Source: Candidatus Bilamarchaeaceae archaeon (GTDB lineage: Archaea; Micrarchaeota; Micrarchaeia; Anstonellales; Bilamarchaeaceae). Taken from it: a DNA stretch of 58,764 nucleotides. The position numbers and the translations under genes were made by a program. Each line of letters begins with the position of its first letter. Positions within the stretch are counted from its first letter, which is position 1. The notes beneath the pieces were generated by a model. That model made no database searches, was not told where the DNA came from, and worked only from the letters and a program-made list of their open reading frames with translations. The stretch lies in contig JAVZJR010000001.1 of NCBI GenBank assembly GCA_038870635.1, forward strand, positions 15,934-74,697, given 5' to 3'. Positions 48,301-58,418 of this stretch are shown piece by piece.

Positions 48301-50035
48301 CTATGACAAGTTGACCTGTAAATATTAATGAGAGAATACGCAAAATTAAAAGCGAAAATTCTTTAATTATTCTAAAGGCAATTTTCATATACCATTGGTT
48401 GCGGTTATTAATCGTATCCAAAAGATCCTTAAACGCCTCTTTTTCACCAGGCCCCATCTTACTCTCAGTAACTTTTTTATGCTCCTTTCCATCAACTATA
48501 GTGATCTCTTCTTGTTTTCCTATTTGCTTTTTTGCTTGCTCATACCACGGTGGTAAAGAAGAACGCTTTTTTATAATAGCTCTCGTAAAATCTGCGATAT
48601 TCACCGGTCTTTGAACAACTTGTTTTTTAGCCAATTCTTCTGCTTTTGCTTTATCCATTCCTTTTTTAATGTACTCTTCTGTCTTTTTCTGAATCGCAAA
48701 AAATGCTTCTAACCATGGATAAGTAGACGCTTCATCCACTATTGCTTTAAGGTCAGAAGATGCATAGCCCCATGTCGCAAGTGCAAGAAGGCGATAAGGA
48801 ATAAAAAATGATAAAGGCCTTTTCTTTGCATGCATCTTTATTATTTCCGTTCTTGATTTAAAATCAGGCTCAGGAATATATATAGTTTTACTGAAACGAC
48901 CACTTCTTCTCAAAGCTGGATCAACATCCCACGGAGCGTTTGTAGCGGCTATAGTTAGGACGTTTTCATTATGTGCTTCTACACCATCCATTTCATAAAG
49001 CATTTGATTAACTGCCATTCTCATATATTGTTGACCCTCACCTTGGTCTCTTCTACCACCAATAGCATCAACTTCATCAAAAAAGAGAATACATGGTGCA
49101 TTTTTTCGTGCAAGTTCAAAAACTTTATGTATATTCTTTTCGGTATTACCTACATACATATCTAACAAGTCGCTCAATTTAGCGTTTATAAAACCTGCTT
49201 TGCACTCTCCTGCTGCTGCTTTTACGATATATGTTTTTCCGCATCCTGGCGGGCCATACATTAAAATACCGCCGCCACCCAGTTTTCCGTATTTTCTCGC
49301 CAACTCTGGATTCATCATAGGATAAACAATGGATTTTCTTATTTCTTCTTTCATTTTTTCCATACCCGCAACATCATTAAAAGACATGTTAGGCTTTTGG
49401 AGCATCTTTATGTCTGCACCTGCTTTTCCCTCCTCACCTTTTCCTTGAGACTCCTTCTTTTCCTTAACGCTTTCAAGATGCTGTTTTGCTTCAGTGAGTT
49501 CAGGATTAAGTTTTAAAGCTTGTTCATAATCCGCAATCGCACCATCAAGGTCGCCGCCGTATTCGCGAGCTAAACCTCGAAGGTGGTAAGCTTCTGCAAA
49601 ATCAGGTTTTAATTCAATAACTTTACTAAAATCCTCAACTGCTTTATCGTAATCCTCTAAAGAAGCATAAGAAAGTCCTCTATTGTAATATGCTTTAAGG
49701 TAATTGTTATTTAACTGAATAGCCTTATCATAATCTTTTATAGCGCTGTTGTAATCCTGCAATCTGTAATAAGCATCCCCTCGATTATTATAAATAAAAG
49801 GATTATGAGGGTCAAGCTCTGCTGCTTTTGTATAATCAGCTATAGATTTCTCAAAATTTTTTAATTGATAATAACTAAGAGCACGATTAAAATAAGCTTC
49901 AGAGAACATTGGATTGAGAAGAACAGCCATATTGTAATTTTCTATAGCTTTATCATAATCGCCTTTTTCATAATAATCATTACCTAATTGATAGTAAGTT
50001 TTTGCATCTGTTGGATTCGGCTTTCGAATAACCAT
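48293..50035 (-). CDS. TPR-repeat AAA+ ATPase (classical clade) with hydrophobic C-terminal tail
   Basis: Five TPRs, GPPGCGKT, pore loop MYVG, FFDEVD and SRH AATNAPWDVDPALRRSGRF. Confidence 0.9.
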   Translation of the reverse strand: MVIRKPNPTDAKTYYQLGNDYYEKGDYDKAIENYNMAVLLNPMFSEAYFNRALSYYQLKNFEKSIADYTKAAELDPHNPFIYNNRGDAYYRLQDYNSAIKDYDKAIQLNNNYLKAYYNRGLSYASLEDYDKAVEDFSKVIELKPDFAEAYHLRGLAREYGGDLDGAIADYEQALKLNPELTEAKQHLESVKEKKESQGKGEEGKAGADIKMLQKPNMSFNDVAGMEKMKEEIRKSIVYPMMNPELARKYGKLGGGGILMYGPPGCGKTYIVKAAAGECKAGFINAKLSDLLDMYVGNTEKNIHKVFELARKNAPCILFFDEVDAIGGRRDQGEGQQYMRMAVNQMLYEMDGVEAHNENVLTIAATNAPWDVDPALRRSGRFSKTIYIPEPDFKSRTEIIKMHAKKRPLSFFIPYRLLALATWGYASSDLKAIVDEASTYPWLEAFFAIQKKTEEYIKKGMDKAKAEELAKKQVVQRPVNIADFTRAIIKKRSSLPPWYEQAKKQIGKQEEITIVDGKEHKKVTESKMGPGEKEAFKDLLDTINNRNQWYMKIAFRIIKEFSLLILRILSLIFTGQLVIGA

Positions 50036-50124
50036 AATACCACTGCGATGTCTTAGATTTAATCTTACTAATTAATTTAAAACCTATTGTGTTTAATTTT
50101 TAAACTTTTCTTATTAAGGCAAAA

Positions 50125-51294
50125 TCAAGGCTGCGTCCATTCTATTTCATAATATTCGTAATCACTACTGCCCAGCTCTATTTTTCTTATTATGTAATAT
50201 GTAACACTACTTTCACGATCGCTTATTGCCATAAGCATCTCAAGACCATAGTGATCACACTCTGCCAATGCTTTTGCAAGTTCTTCGCCACCGATGTATT
50301 CATCTTCGCTCAAAGAGTACATGAGAAATTGGGGCGCGCCAGTTTTCGGTGTTTCTATTCCATCTTTTTTTCTTGGATAGAGTAAAAAATCCAACCGTGG
50401 TTTTTTAGGATTAACTTTTATCTCTGTTTTCTTTCCAGGGATGGCAAGTATAAAAGTTTTTTTAACGCTGTGGGCAACACGAATTGCCCTCGCCCATTCA
50501 GAAATAAGCATTTTGTCTTTTCTTGAGAAAACATGTAAAACATGCTTGGAGTGGATCCATTCTCCAGCAGTGTTCACTGGTGAGGCGCCGGGGAAATATA
50601 TACGAAAATGAGTGCCAAATTTAAAACCTGTTTTAACTATATACCCCCTATTTCTCCAATCCTCATATACAGAATAAATGTCCTCAAAATATTTTATTCT
50701 TTTCTTGGCGATTTTTATAACACCATCCAAAGAACAGTTTTTTAACTTCAGAATTTTTTTCTTACAGAGAAAAATAGTTTCATAAATATCAAGCTTACTT
50801 ATGCGTCCCCGATGGGCTGCTTTATACGTACCGAATTGACCAAGCCAATACTTCTCGTAAAGAATCTTTCCTTTGTTTTCGTCGTCAATCACCGTCATAA
50901 GGTCATCAATAAAAAAAACGCCCTCAACTTTTATATCGTCTATCTTTAAAACATCAATCCTATATTTTTTTGCAATGCTTCTCCCATAAGAACCATACGC
51001 CTCGGTCGCAGGGCGGGCTATAAGGCCCTTATCGCGCCAGTCCTTGTAAGTAAGATAACGAGCAAGAAGTTTTTTATTTTTTAGATAAGCCAAAGCTAAC
51101 TCACTAAAAGAGTGCTCTTTATCACTAAGGTCAAAACAACGTCCGTTTCTTATATCCATTATATAAAGCGCTTCTTCTATAGAAAGGATTCTTTTATCAA
51201 TCTCCTGATAACCATAAAAACCATTTTGAAGAGAGGTAATATCTGCAGGATCACTCGCCCATATTTTTTTCTTATCCCAGTGCAATTTTATCAT
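50125..51294 (-). CDS. endA: tRNA splicing endonuclease, three-unit epsilon2-like
   Basis: KTGFKFGTHFRIY...HS...RVAHSVKK catalytic unit, two alpha-N-like units, GTYK loop; 389 aa. Confidence 0.9.
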   Translation of the reverse strand: MIKLHWDKKKIWASDPADITSLQNGFYGYQEIDKRILSIEEALYIMDIRNGRCFDLSDKEHSFSELALAYLKNKKLLARYLTYKDWRDKGLIARPATEAYGSYGRSIAKKYRIDVLKIDDIKVEGVFFIDDLMTVIDDENKGKILYEKYWLGQFGTYKAAHRGRISKLDIYETIFLCKKKILKLKNCSLDGVIKIAKKRIKYFEDIYSVYEDWRNRGYIVKTGFKFGTHFRIYFPGASPVNTAGEWIHSKHVLHVFSRKDKMLISEWARAIRVAHSVKKTFILAIPGKKTEIKVNPKKPRLDFLLYPRKKDGIETPKTGAPQFLMYSLSEDEYIGGEELAKALAECDHYGLEMLMAISDRESSVTYYIIRKIELGSSDYEYYEIEWTQP

Positions 51295-51328
51295 GTCCTA
51301 TCGCCTCTCTCTAAAAAATAAATCACTA

Positions 51329-51976
51329 TCAAATGTCGCTATATTGCGTCAATTTTTTTTGTTTTACTGTTTCAAGTGTTTTCCATTTCTTTCTAATGAA
51401 TTTATCTGCAACTTTCAAAAAAGAAGGACTTTTAAGCGACTCCCTCGTCTTCTCATCACTAGGGTAACCACTCCCAAAATCCATACCCAACTGTTCTTTT
51501 ATTTTTTCTATTTTTTCGTCTCTTTTCACCTTAGCAAATATAGACGCTGCTGCAACGATAGGAAACTTTTCATCTGCTTTGTGTTCTGCCTCAAACTTTT
51601 CGCAGTTAAACTTTTTCATCCTTGAACGAAATGTCCTTCCATACCTGTCGGGCATGTCTATGAAAACGTCTGTATTTTTTAACTGCTTTATAAGCATTGA
51701 CATAAACATTGCTTCTATATCATTGAGAGAGTATTTTTTCATAAGTTTGTTAAGGTCTTCAGCGCTTACTTCGACCCACTTGAAATCACAAATGGTTTTT
51801 AGTTCTTCAAGTATTTTTTTTCTTTGTTCGGGAGTAAGTTGCTTGGAGTCTTTTTTACAAAGTTCCTTAAGTTTTTTTTCATATTTTCTATTGCACACAG
51901 CACAGCATATAACAAGAGGCCCTATAACAGGGCCACGCCCTGCCTCATCTACGCCGGCAATAAAAAGAGAAGACAT
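51329..51976 (-). CDS. rnhB: Ribonuclease HII
   Basis: GVDEAGRGPVIGP, DSKQL, KAD, AAASIFAKV and GSGYPSD; C-terminal PIP-like QKKLTQY. Confidence 0.96.
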   Translation of the reverse strand: MSSLFIAGVDEAGRGPVIGPLVICCAVCNRKYEKKLKELCKKDSKQLTPEQRKKILEELKTICDFKWVEVSAEDLNKLMKKYSLNDIEAMFMSMLIKQLKNTDVFIDMPDRYGRTFRSRMKKFNCEKFEAEHKADEKFPIVAAASIFAKVKRDEKIEKIKEQLGMDFGSGYPSDEKTRESLKSPSFLKVADKFIRKKWKTLETVKQKKLTQYSDI

Positions 51977-51982
51977 AAAAAA

Positions 51983-52240
51983 TTAGTAATTTATGTTTCT
52001 TCTATCGATTATGATGTAGTCGCCAACCGCAGTTACGGCTTCATAAGGAACATAAACTAAACCATCTTCTTTCTTTAATTTTACAGCCAGTTCGCATTCA
52101 GGGTTTGGTTCACTTACTAGCGACTCTATTTTACCAGTTACTTCATTTATATTAAGGTCGATTAAGCGACCAAAATCCTCACCTTCATTTGTTATAATCT
52201 TTCTTCCAGAAAGTTGTCTGGCTATCAGGTATTTCACCAT
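51983..52240 (-). CDS. PRC-barrel domain protein (CdpB-like)
   Basis: LSGRKIITNEGEDFGRLIDL...TGKI and VPYEAVTAVGDYIII. Confidence 0.88.
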   Translation of the reverse strand: MVKYLIARQLSGRKIITNEGEDFGRLIDLNINEVTGKIESLVSEPNPECELAVKLKKEDGLVYVPYEAVTAVGDYIIIDRRNINY

Positions 52241-52325
52241 ATTTGATCACCTTTGACTTACAATGCACAGAAATGTTATTTAAACTTTATAAAGATTTGT
52301 TTTTAACATTTTGTAAAAACAAAAC

Positions 52326-52562
52326 CTATTCTTTTATTTTCAACAATGATTTTACTCTTTCTACATCAAAACCAACAATTATCTGACCATCTATTTCTAT
52401 AACTGGAATGCTGTACTGTTTACTCTTTCTTAAAACTTCTTCTGCATTTTCTTCTATATCAACATCTTTCCACTCAAACGGAATGTTATGATTTTCAAAG
52501 AACATCTTAGCGCGTAGGCACCATTGGCACCATGGTGCACCGTATAAAATTACTTTTGCCAT
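52326..52562 (-). CDS. Glutaredoxin/NrdH-like redoxin
   Basis: WCQWC, IPVIEIDG and VGFD motifs. Confidence 0.9.
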   Translation of the reverse strand: MAKVILYGAPWCQWCLRAKMFFENHNIPFEWKDVDIEENAEEVLRKSKQYSIPVIEIDGQIIVGFDVERVKSLLKIKE

Positions 52563-52681
52563 ATTTGAAATTGGATATATAAGAGTTTAAAAATACAGCC
52601 TACATGTCGTAAAACATTGCGCGCAGCAATGGTTTTAAACTATTTGTTTTTAATCACTAACACAAACAGGGAGGTTTTACA

Positions 52682-53074
52682 ATGGCAATTGTAGGAGAAA
52701 GAATAAGGGAGATTAGCGGTCGAAAGCAAAAATCTGAACAGATAAAAGGATTGAACATGAGCATAAGTATAGATGATGTAAGAGTAAACGACAAAAATAT
52801 AGAGATTGATTACGCATACGCGGCAAATTATGAAGAAGGTGTTGGAAATATAACTATAAAAGGAACAATACTTGCAGTAGAGGACAGTGTCCAAGCAAAA
52901 AAAATAAATGAAGAATGGAAGAAAAATAAAAAACTTCCAGAGGACTACACCACTACTATCTTAAGTGCGATAAACTATAGCGGAAGCGCAAATGGCACAT
53001 TGATAGCGAGAGTGCTAAATCTCGCAGCTCCACTCATACCACCAAGAATCGAACTATCTAAACCATCTAAATAA
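52682..53074 (+). CDS. Uncharacterised archaeal protein
   Basis: 130-aa ORF with GGAGG SD; beta-rich N-terminus and LNLAAPLIPP C-terminus resemble a recurrent archaeal family; function not recognised. Confidence 0.65.
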   Translation: MAIVGERIREISGRKQKSEQIKGLNMSISIDDVRVNDKNIEIDYAYAANYEEGVGNITIKGTILAVEDSVQAKKINEEWKKNKKLPEDYTTTILSAINYSGSANGTLIARVLNLAAPLIPPRIELSKPSK

Positions 53075-53097
53075 TATTTTCTTTTTTTCTAATATTT

Positions 53098-53634
53098 TTA
53101 CCATATTAAGCCACATTTTATATAATATACAGAATAACCCTTTTTTTGGATGACATCATAAACTTCGCAACATTCTAAATTTTTTCTTTTATTATACGAG
53201 TCATAAAAACCCATAGAAAAATTTCTTTTTTTAGAGATTAAGCCATTTGTAGAATTTTCGCCGGCCATAATGACTGCTGCGCGCACGAATGGTAATTCCT
53301 TCCCGTCCTTGCTCTCGGCAATAAAAAATGTTGCGCCTCGCGCATTGATTGGAAATTCGTTATCAATTAAAATTACGTTATCTTGCAGTGTCATATTTTT
53401 TTCAGCATGTACTGCTGTTACCTTTTCAAACTGTGAACTAGGTGCCCAATCATACCTATAAAAGTTATAATTGTTAATAAGACTTTTTCCATAAAAAGAG
53501 CTTTTTAGCTTTGCGAAAGAGTTATCTAAAACATCCTTAATAATATCGCTATGAAGTGTGTTCAAACTGGAAGCAAATAATATGCCGAAAAACAAAAGGA
53601 TGATTAAAAAAACCTCGTTAATTTCAAACTTCAT
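53098..53634 (-). CDS. Hypothetical membrane-anchored/secreted protein
   Basis: N-terminal hydrophobic helix; follows priS on the same strand. Confidence 0.6.
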   Translation of the reverse strand: MKFEINEVFLIILLFFGILFASSLNTLHSDIIKDVLDNSFAKLKSSFYGKSLINNYNFYRYDWAPSSQFEKVTAVHAEKNMTLQDNVILIDNEFPINARGATFFIAESKDGKELPFVRAAVIMAGENSTNGLISKKRNFSMGFYDSYNKRKNLECCEVYDVIQKKGYSVYYIKCGLIW

Positions 53635-53643
53635 AAAAACACC

Positions 53644-54747
53644 TCATAATTTTTTGGCGCTGTTTTTTAATATGAAAAACAATGCTACGCCAAGTGGTAA
53701 TTCAACTTTATCACCAGGAGAAAACTTTCCAAATGTCTGGTTAAGCATTTCTAATTGTGGTGTTTCCTCTAAAAACTCAACACTTACCTCTGGTCCGTTT
53801 ATAACCGCATGTCGGAGTGGTTCAAAAGTATATATGTCAGCTACAATCTTTGCAACAAAACCAGTTTCACCATGAATTGAATTTGGCACGCGGATTAATT
53901 TGCTCATATCATATGTAACCGCAGGGTCAGCGTTTATTGACATAACTGCAAGCTCCTGTTTTAAACCATCTAATCTTTTCAAAAGGTCGTCTAGTTTCAA
54001 AGATGTCCTGCTCCAATTTCCTTCAATAATTCCTGAGATAAAAAAATTTCTCTTTTCTTCATTGAGAAATATCTTTGAAATAGAAGCAGGGTTATCTTTT
54101 AATTTTTTTATTACTAACTTTGCAAGCCTGCCACGATAGCCGCCATCTGTAGGCTTAGGCCCAAGAAGTTTTTTCATTTCTTTTTTACCGCGCAACTCTT
54201 CCCAAAAAAATAAATCTCTAATTCGCAAACCTTCAGCCCTGATGTAATTTGTTATTTCTTTTCTCTCATCCCCGCCAAGGCAAAGATAATCATCACTCCT
54301 TACATGAACATGATATCCTCTATTACCGGAAAAAGCGATAAGTATTTCTTCTTTTTTTAAACCAAAATCTGCTATTAAAAAATCTTCAACCAATCGAATA
54401 ACATCTTCCCGCATATCTAAAAGTTTTGGGTAAACATCGTATTTTCCATCGGCGTGCATATCAAGGTCAAATATTAAATCAGCACCTATTCTGCCTTTTT
54501 TCTCTATGGGCGTTGCTGATGGAAATTGATAATACGCAGCAGAGTGAGAAACAAAATAAGGTGGATTGCTGATTAAAAAATTTCTAAATTGCTCAGTAGT
54601 AGAAAAAGATAGATGTCTTGTATCTATTTTTTTATAGTTTCCAATACCAAACTCTCTTTGATCGATTCTTTTTATATCAAAATGCGCATTTTGGTAATAA
54701 CGTGAAAAAACATTTCTGACAAAAACATCATTTTTATTTACTTCCAT
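53644..54747 (-). CDS. priS: DNA primase small (catalytic) subunit
   Basis: REFG, DLIFDLD, FSGNRGYHVH, D..VTYD and LIRVPNSIH motifs. Confidence 0.95.
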   Translation of the reverse strand: MEVNKNDVFVRNVFSRYYQNAHFDIKRIDQREFGIGNYKKIDTRHLSFSTTEQFRNFLISNPPYFVSHSAAYYQFPSATPIEKKGRIGADLIFDLDMHADGKYDVYPKLLDMREDVIRLVEDFLIADFGLKKEEILIAFSGNRGYHVHVRSDDYLCLGGDERKEITNYIRAEGLRIRDLFFWEELRGKKEMKKLLGPKPTDGGYRGRLAKLVIKKLKDNPASISKIFLNEEKRNFFISGIIEGNWSRTSLKLDDLLKRLDGLKQELAVMSINADPAVTYDMSKLIRVPNSIHGETGFVAKIVADIYTFEPLRHAVINGPEVSVEFLEETPQLEMLNQTFGKFSPGDKVELPLGVALFFILKNSAKKL

Positions 54748-55648
54748 TTTTCTTACCTCTCCATTGTATAGGGGTGGTTATACCACATGCGGCCCTACAA
54801 AGGCCAAAGGAAGTAACAGAAGCACAATTAGGCACTTTATACCCTTTCTTTCTTGCGTGTTCCACTTGGTATCTTGTTATTTTTTCAGAAAAATCTGGCG
54901 AATTTGAAAAAAGCGAGACGATTTCTTCATCACTGAGACCAATGTTTATTAGATAAACAGCGAGAAACCACCGTGCCTGGTGCGAGAGATTATGGTGTTT
55001 CTTTAGTTCTTCTATTAAATAGGAAATGCATGGTGGATAATCCCCTTTAACTGCAACTGGCAACCGTTTATCTTCTTGTCTGGGCATTCTTTTTTCTATC
55101 TCCTCAACTGCCCGCGATATAAAAGGTGCGGGATTCTTAAGGAATGGTACAACTTCTAAATGCTTTCTTATCGCTTCCTCTATAATCCTTTTCTCTTCTT
55201 CAGAATTTATCACCACCCATCCGCCGTTCAATTGACGATTTACCAAGGCATAATGAGAATCGCGAGGGGTGTACTTTAAATAATCTGGAAGAAAAATTTT
55301 TCCATCTTTAACACGTATGTTAAACTCCTCTAAAAGTTTCTTTATACCTTCCCTGCTCTCATTGTTTATGTTTTTTCTGGCAAGCTTAGAGTAAGCTACT
55401 GCAAACCTACTCACAACATACCTATTCCTCATCGCGCCGAGTATCATTCTTGCAGTAGCATAAACAACAATGCTTTCTTTTTTTTCAATATCGTCAATAT
55501 ATATTTTTTCTACAATTTTGCCAGAAAGCGCTGAGAGAATGAGCTCTACTGCTTTATCTACAAGTGATTCGCTAACCTCTATGTTGGAAACTATGTCTTT
55601 TGCTTCTTTTGTAAAAGGATACTTTACTATAAAATCTAAATCAACCAT
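54734..55648 (-). CDS. priL: DNA primase large subunit
   Basis: KYPF, YPPCI, LSHQAR, PDF...TRYQVEH, PNC...C...C (Fe-S Cys). Confidence 0.92.
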   Translation of the reverse strand: MVDLDFIVKYPFTKEAKDIVSNIEVSESLVDKAVELILSALSGKIVEKIYIDDIEKKESIVVYATARMILGAMRNRYVVSRFAVAYSKLARKNINNESREGIKKLLEEFNIRVKDGKIFLPDYLKYTPRDSHYALVNRQLNGGWVVINSEEEKRIIEEAIRKHLEVVPFLKNPAPFISRAVEEIEKRMPRQEDKRLPVAVKGDYPPCISYLIEELKKHHNLSHQARWFLAVYLINIGLSDEEIVSLFSNSPDFSEKITRYQVEHARKKGYKVPNCASVTSFGLCRAACGITTPIQWRGKKNGSK

Positions 55649-55652
55649 GTTA

Positions 55653-56969
55653 TCATTCTTTTTTATAATTTCTAATGAGCCAACTCAAAATAAAAGGTGT
55701 TACGAAAGTTGTTAAAAGAGCCATTGCAGATATAACAGAGTATTCTTGGATATTAAGAACTTTTTTTGTTAGACCCAGACCAGCTATAATTAGTGCCACT
55801 TCTCCACGGGGAGCCATTCCAAGACCAACTAAAAAGGATTGATAAGGATTTAGTTTTCCTGCGAGCGCTCCAACACCGCATCCAATGGTTTTGGTTAAAA
55901 TCGCGATAACTGTTATAATCGCAATAGGTACAACAAAAGAAATAAGTGCATCAACATCTACGAGCATTCCCATAGTTATGAAAAAGATTGGCATAAAAAG
56001 AAGCTCTAAACTATAAGTATTATTTTCTATGTAATCGATATGCCTACTGCGATTTAAAACAACACCAGCTAAAAATGCACCAACGATGGCTGAAAGTTTT
56101 ATGAATTCTGCAACGTATGCGCACATAAGCATAAACGCAAAAACAAGAAGCAATCTTCTCGCGCTCATCTCTTTTCTGTCTAAGTATCTGACAAAATAAT
56201 CACCGGCCATCACCGTACCAAAAAGAAAAACAGAAGTAGAGATTAAAGTCATAACAATTGGGAGCATTGCCTCGCTAAAAGTTGCTGCGCTACTGGCGTT
56301 TATAACGAATGAAAGCACTAAAAGACCAAGAACATCATCCAAAACAGCCGCACCTATTATCACTTGTGCGAATCTCTCTTGCATGAGATTCATTTCTTTT
56401 AGAAGAGCAACAGTAACACCGACACTTGTTGCAGTAAGAGCAGCACCTAAAAACATAGAATACGCGAAATTTCCTCCTTCATAAACGGCATATAAATAAC
56501 CGCCAATAAAAGGTATAATAACTCCTGCAAGCGCAACCAAAAGATTGTCCGTTCGGAATATTCCTTCAAACTTATTGTGCAAACCAACTTTAAAAAGCAA
56601 AACAATAGCGCCCAATTGAGCAAAGGTATGCAAAACTTCTTCAGAACGAAGAAGATGGGGCGGCTCTCTCGGCAAATTAAAAGGAAGGTGTAAATCATCT
56701 AAATAATGAAAGCATATTTCTAAAAAGCTCGGACTTATTAAAACTCCCAATAACATAAGTATCATAACTGATGGCTGTTTGAGATAGATGACTGCAAGTT
56801 CACCTATAACCGCAAGCAAAAGTAGAAAAACTATTTCAAAGTATATATGCTGCTCTAAAGGCACGTTGCCAAAAATGCTGGGGCCGATAACTGCAATAAC
56901 TAATATTATAAAAAGTAAAGGAAGCACGAGCCATTTAGATATGTCTTCGCTTATTGTTATTTTGACCAT
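55653..56969 (-). CDS. Cation:proton antiporter (CPA2)
   Basis: LLFKVGL, LTATSVG, AAVLDD, GAFLAG and GMAPRGEVALI motifs. Confidence 0.92.
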   Translation of the reverse strand: MVKITISEDISKWLVLPLLFIILVIAVIGPSIFGNVPLEQHIYFEIVFLLLLAVIGELAVIYLKQPSVMILMLLGVLISPSFLEICFHYLDDLHLPFNLPREPPHLLRSEEVLHTFAQLGAIVLLFKVGLHNKFEGIFRTDNLLVALAGVIIPFIGGYLYAVYEGGNFAYSMFLGAALTATSVGVTVALLKEMNLMQERFAQVIIGAAVLDDVLGLLVLSFVINASSAATFSEAMLPIVMTLISTSVFLFGTVMAGDYFVRYLDRKEMSARRLLLVFAFMLMCAYVAEFIKLSAIVGAFLAGVVLNRSRHIDYIENNTYSLELLFMPIFFITMGMLVDVDALISFVVPIAIITVIAILTKTIGCGVGALAGKLNPYQSFLVGLGMAPRGEVALIIAGLGLTKKVLNIQEYSVISAMALLTTFVTPFILSWLIRNYKKE

Positions 56970-57466
56970 ATTTCCACCATGTTCTTCTGTATTTTGGTAA
57001 ATAAAATATAACCAATATCAAAAAATAATATAGCTAAGAAATATTCCCATTTTTGAAAGAGTAAAGCAGTTATAAAAGCTCCTATTGGAAGAAGCAAACG
57101 GTAGTTTTCAAAATTTCTAAAACGCCATCCTGCTGTTTGCTCATCTAAAACAGCAAGAACAAAAAAGAAAAATAAAAATGAGAGTGATTGAGGGGGAAGC
57201 CCAAAATAAAAAAGAGAGACAACCACCATGAAAAAGCCAAGCATATGAGAAAGAGTATCAACTTTTCTAGAAAAAAGCTGTGCTAAAAGAGTTCCCAAAA
57301 ATAACTCGCTAAATGAGGTAAGACTCGTAAGATAACCAATCAATATACCATAAAAAATGGCTATTAAATATTTTATTTTATCCCTCCCGCCTTTATCGTC
57401 GTCTATCCAATCAACCCACTTCACCAAAAAACCAGAAACAAAAGACAACAAATAAGCAAAAATCAT
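56957..57466 (-). CDS. Uncharacterised multi-pass membrane protein
   Basis: Several TM helices with polar motifs KWVD, KVD..SH, LDE and FDIGY. Confidence 0.7.
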   Translation of the reverse strand: MIFAYLLSFVSGFLVKWVDWIDDDKGGRDKIKYLIAIFYGILIGYLTSLTSFSELFLGTLLAQLFSRKVDTLSHMLGFFMVVVSLFYFGLPPQSLSFLFFFFVLAVLDEQTAGWRFRNFENYRLLLPIGAFITALLFQKWEYFLAILFFDIGYILFTKIQKNMVEIWSK

Positions 57467-57470
57467 GATA

Positions 57471-58358
57471 TCATCTCTTTAACAGATAATATGCAAGTGG
57501 AAATGTTATTGAAACATCACCATAAACAGTGACATGGTTTGCTTTCTCTCTTATCTTTCCCCATGAAACTGCTTCATTTGTTTGAGCACCAGAAAGCGAT
57601 CCGTCCCAAGGTGTGGATGTAGTGAAATAAACAGCATAATTAAAACCGTCGCGCAATATGTTTACACCAATGGCGTGATGCTTTGATATCCCTCCACCTA
57701 AGATTATGCCACCTGTTTTTTCTGCTTCTAGCGTAATTGAAGCGAGCTTTTGCATATCACCGGTAACATCTATTCCAAAATCCTTATGTCTCTGCTTAAA
57801 AAAATATGCCTGAAGACCTAAAGCAGAATCAGTTATGCCTGGGGAAAAAACAGGAATTTTATTTTTTGCACACCAGTACAAAAAAGAGTTTTTATCCCTT
57901 ATTTTTTTGCCAGCCGCCTCGGCAATTTCAGATGGGCTCACTATTCTTTTCTTTTGGTAAAGTTCGCTAAAAAGCGCGGTGATTCTTTTTTCCAGTAATA
58001 CATATCGATCGTTTGGGACAAAGATATTGCCAATCCTATTAACGCCTTTTTTATGCAACGTACTATCATCAGCAGAGAAATCGCCAATAAGATAGGGTTT
58101 CTCTGCCCGTATTATATCATGATCGATGCTTCCACCTGTGGTTATAATTATATCAACAAATTTTCTTTTACACATATCTGCTATTATCCCACGTAAACCA
58201 CTGGCAACCATATTTGCAGTAAATGTTAAGTATACTGTAACATTTTCTTCTTTCATCTTATTAATTACATCTATTGCATAACCAAGCTCAGTAGCCTGAA
58301 AACCAATTCCTTTTAAATTAGCAAATGGTTTTGTAGGATCGATATCTATAACTTTCAT
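57471..58358 (-). CDS. dys: Deoxyhypusine synthase
   Basis: GFQAT, TANMVASGLR, NRIGN, GGGISKH, DGSLSGA and EAVSWGK motifs. Confidence 0.95.
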   Translation of the reverse strand: MKVIDIDPTKPFANLKGIGFQATELGYAIDVINKMKEENVTVYLTFTANMVASGLRGIIADMCKRKFVDIIITTGGSIDHDIIRAEKPYLIGDFSADDSTLHKKGVNRIGNIFVPNDRYVLLEKRITALFSELYQKKRIVSPSEIAEAAGKKIRDKNSFLYWCAKNKIPVFSPGITDSALGLQAYFFKQRHKDFGIDVTGDMQKLASITLEAEKTGGIILGGGISKHHAIGVNILRDGFNYAVYFTTSTPWDGSLSGAQTNEAVSWGKIREKANHVTVYGDVSITFPLAYYLLKR

Positions 58359-58418
58359 AAATTGATATTGAAGTAGTTATTAAAAAAGATGATTGTTTAT
58401 ACAAAAACAGTGATGGGT

